From: Cirrosporium novae-zelandiae
Lineage: Eukaryota
Length of the DNA stretch: 64,000 nt
Assembly (NCBI GenBank): GCA_026023565.1
Contig: JAPETS010000055.1
Location: 62,001 to 126,000, forward strand
Direction of reading: 5' to 3'
Made by a program: the position numbers and the translations under genes. Each line of letters opens with the position of its first letter. The stretch's first letter is position 1. Positions 62,701 through 64,000 of the stretch are shown here, one piece after another. The notes below the pieces were generated by a model. That model did not search any database, was not told the DNA's origin, and worked only from the letters and a program-made list of their open reading frames with translations.

Positions 62701-64000
62701 AAATGCTTCCAAGTCCCCTCTCACCTTTTGTTTAGGTGATTGAATAGTGTCTTCATGGGGGCGAAGATACAATCAAAACTCCAAACAGGGATAAGGCTTC
62801 TTTGCCTCGGGATATTCGTGGGTGATCACGGTATATAGATACCGATTGGTCTGTTTTAGCATCATGAAGCACGACGAGTGTGGGAGATGCCTGAAAACCT
62901 GGGAGTGGAATTCAAAAGGTAGGAGGAGGAAGGGTTATTTCCTCTAACCCCTTCCTTTTCCTCCTCGCTTTTAAAACCTAGCTTGCTTAAATCGCTAGCC
63001 CCTAATGTGCATGTGCAAAGTAGCCACACCACACCACACCACACCAGCCAATCACCTGCATTAGATATTCAACCGAAGCAGCCACAGCCTATAGTTGGGA
63101 GAAGGATGGTTGGATGCTTGAATGGTGAGAGATCACCCCGCATTCGATCTCAAGGAAGGGGGAGAAGTACTTAATTTCCGAGGACTAGGATCTTTCAGTC
63201 CCTTATTATAGGCGTCCGTAGACCCATGAGAAAAATAAAGAGAAGGGGAAGAATATTTGATTTCCCAAGGGACCCGGACATCTACTACCACTACTACTAT
63301 CATCACCACCACCCCACATTTGCGCCGTGGGCCCATATGAGGAGGGAGAGTGTAGGAGTTTCTAGGAAGGATAGAAAGAAAGAAAGGAAAAGAATGAGAA
63401 GGAGGTAAAGAAGAGAGAGCAGAGCCCAACCTGATCCCCCAAGCTTTTGAACAGCTAGCTTGTGAAGTGAGGTGACGCACCCTCTCAGGTCAGGCTCCAT
63501 TGAGAGAGGGAAGGTAAGTCTTTTATATAGAATATGTTAGATTAAGGTGAGATATATAACTACCTAGGTAGGTAGACAAGTAATAAGTAATATGAAATAT
63601 ATATAAAGACAAAGGAAAGGAAAGGTAAGAAAAAAGAAAAGGGAAGCGCTTGTCTGAATGCTAAATGGTAAGAAAGGAGAGAGTTGCTTCTGCTAAAGAA
63701 AGAAAGAAAAAAAGAGAAGCCCAACAGTGGGAACCCGCCTTTTATTTATGTTCCCTTGTCCCCCCCTCCCCCCTGTTCTCCCCCTCATTCACCCCCCCCC
63801 CCCCCCCATGCGCATACACGCGCGCATGCACATCCCCAGAAGAAAAAGTCTACCTGTCTGTTTGCCCACACCTCGTCGGCGCAGGACTCGGCGCGGGACT
63901 TGGCGTGCAGGATAGGGTGGGATAAGGTGGGGTAGAGCGGGACGGGGCGAGGCAAGGACAGGCCGGACTGCCTTAGGCTATGCATGACCTTGAACTTAGG

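Overview
Eukaryotic DNA from a filamentous ascomycete (Pezizomycotina), judged by short GT-AG introns with CTRAC branch sites, microsatellite-rich intergenic DNA and the gene content. About 21 protein-coding loci are supported: a zinc alcohol dehydrogenase, an FAD monooxygenase, a divergent class III chitin synthase, a head-to-head dihydropyrimidinase and M20 carbamoylase pair, a MARVEL protein, MHF1/CENP-S, PGA2, several conserved hypothetical proteins, an ALDH, Egt1, ESF2, NMD3, ATP25, a METTL4-like MT-A70 protein, an OPT transporter and an SDR. There is also one clear methyltransferase pseudogene. Main points of interest: (1) a three-exon 95-aa gene absent from the ORF track, with predicted lipidation sites and a CRIB-like motif, preceded by an array of 11 repeats of about 55 bp carrying TTCnnGAA; (2) a 2.3-kb non-coding interval with nested long-range pairing and telomere-template-like motifs, a candidate telomerase RNA or other large structured RNA whose strand is unresolved; (3) an intact carbamoylase ORF that has lost two Zn ligands; (4) a METTL4-like protein with DPPY in place of DPPW inside extreme alternating C-rich and G-rich blocks. 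All calls come from reading the sequence by eye; no searches or folding programs were run.
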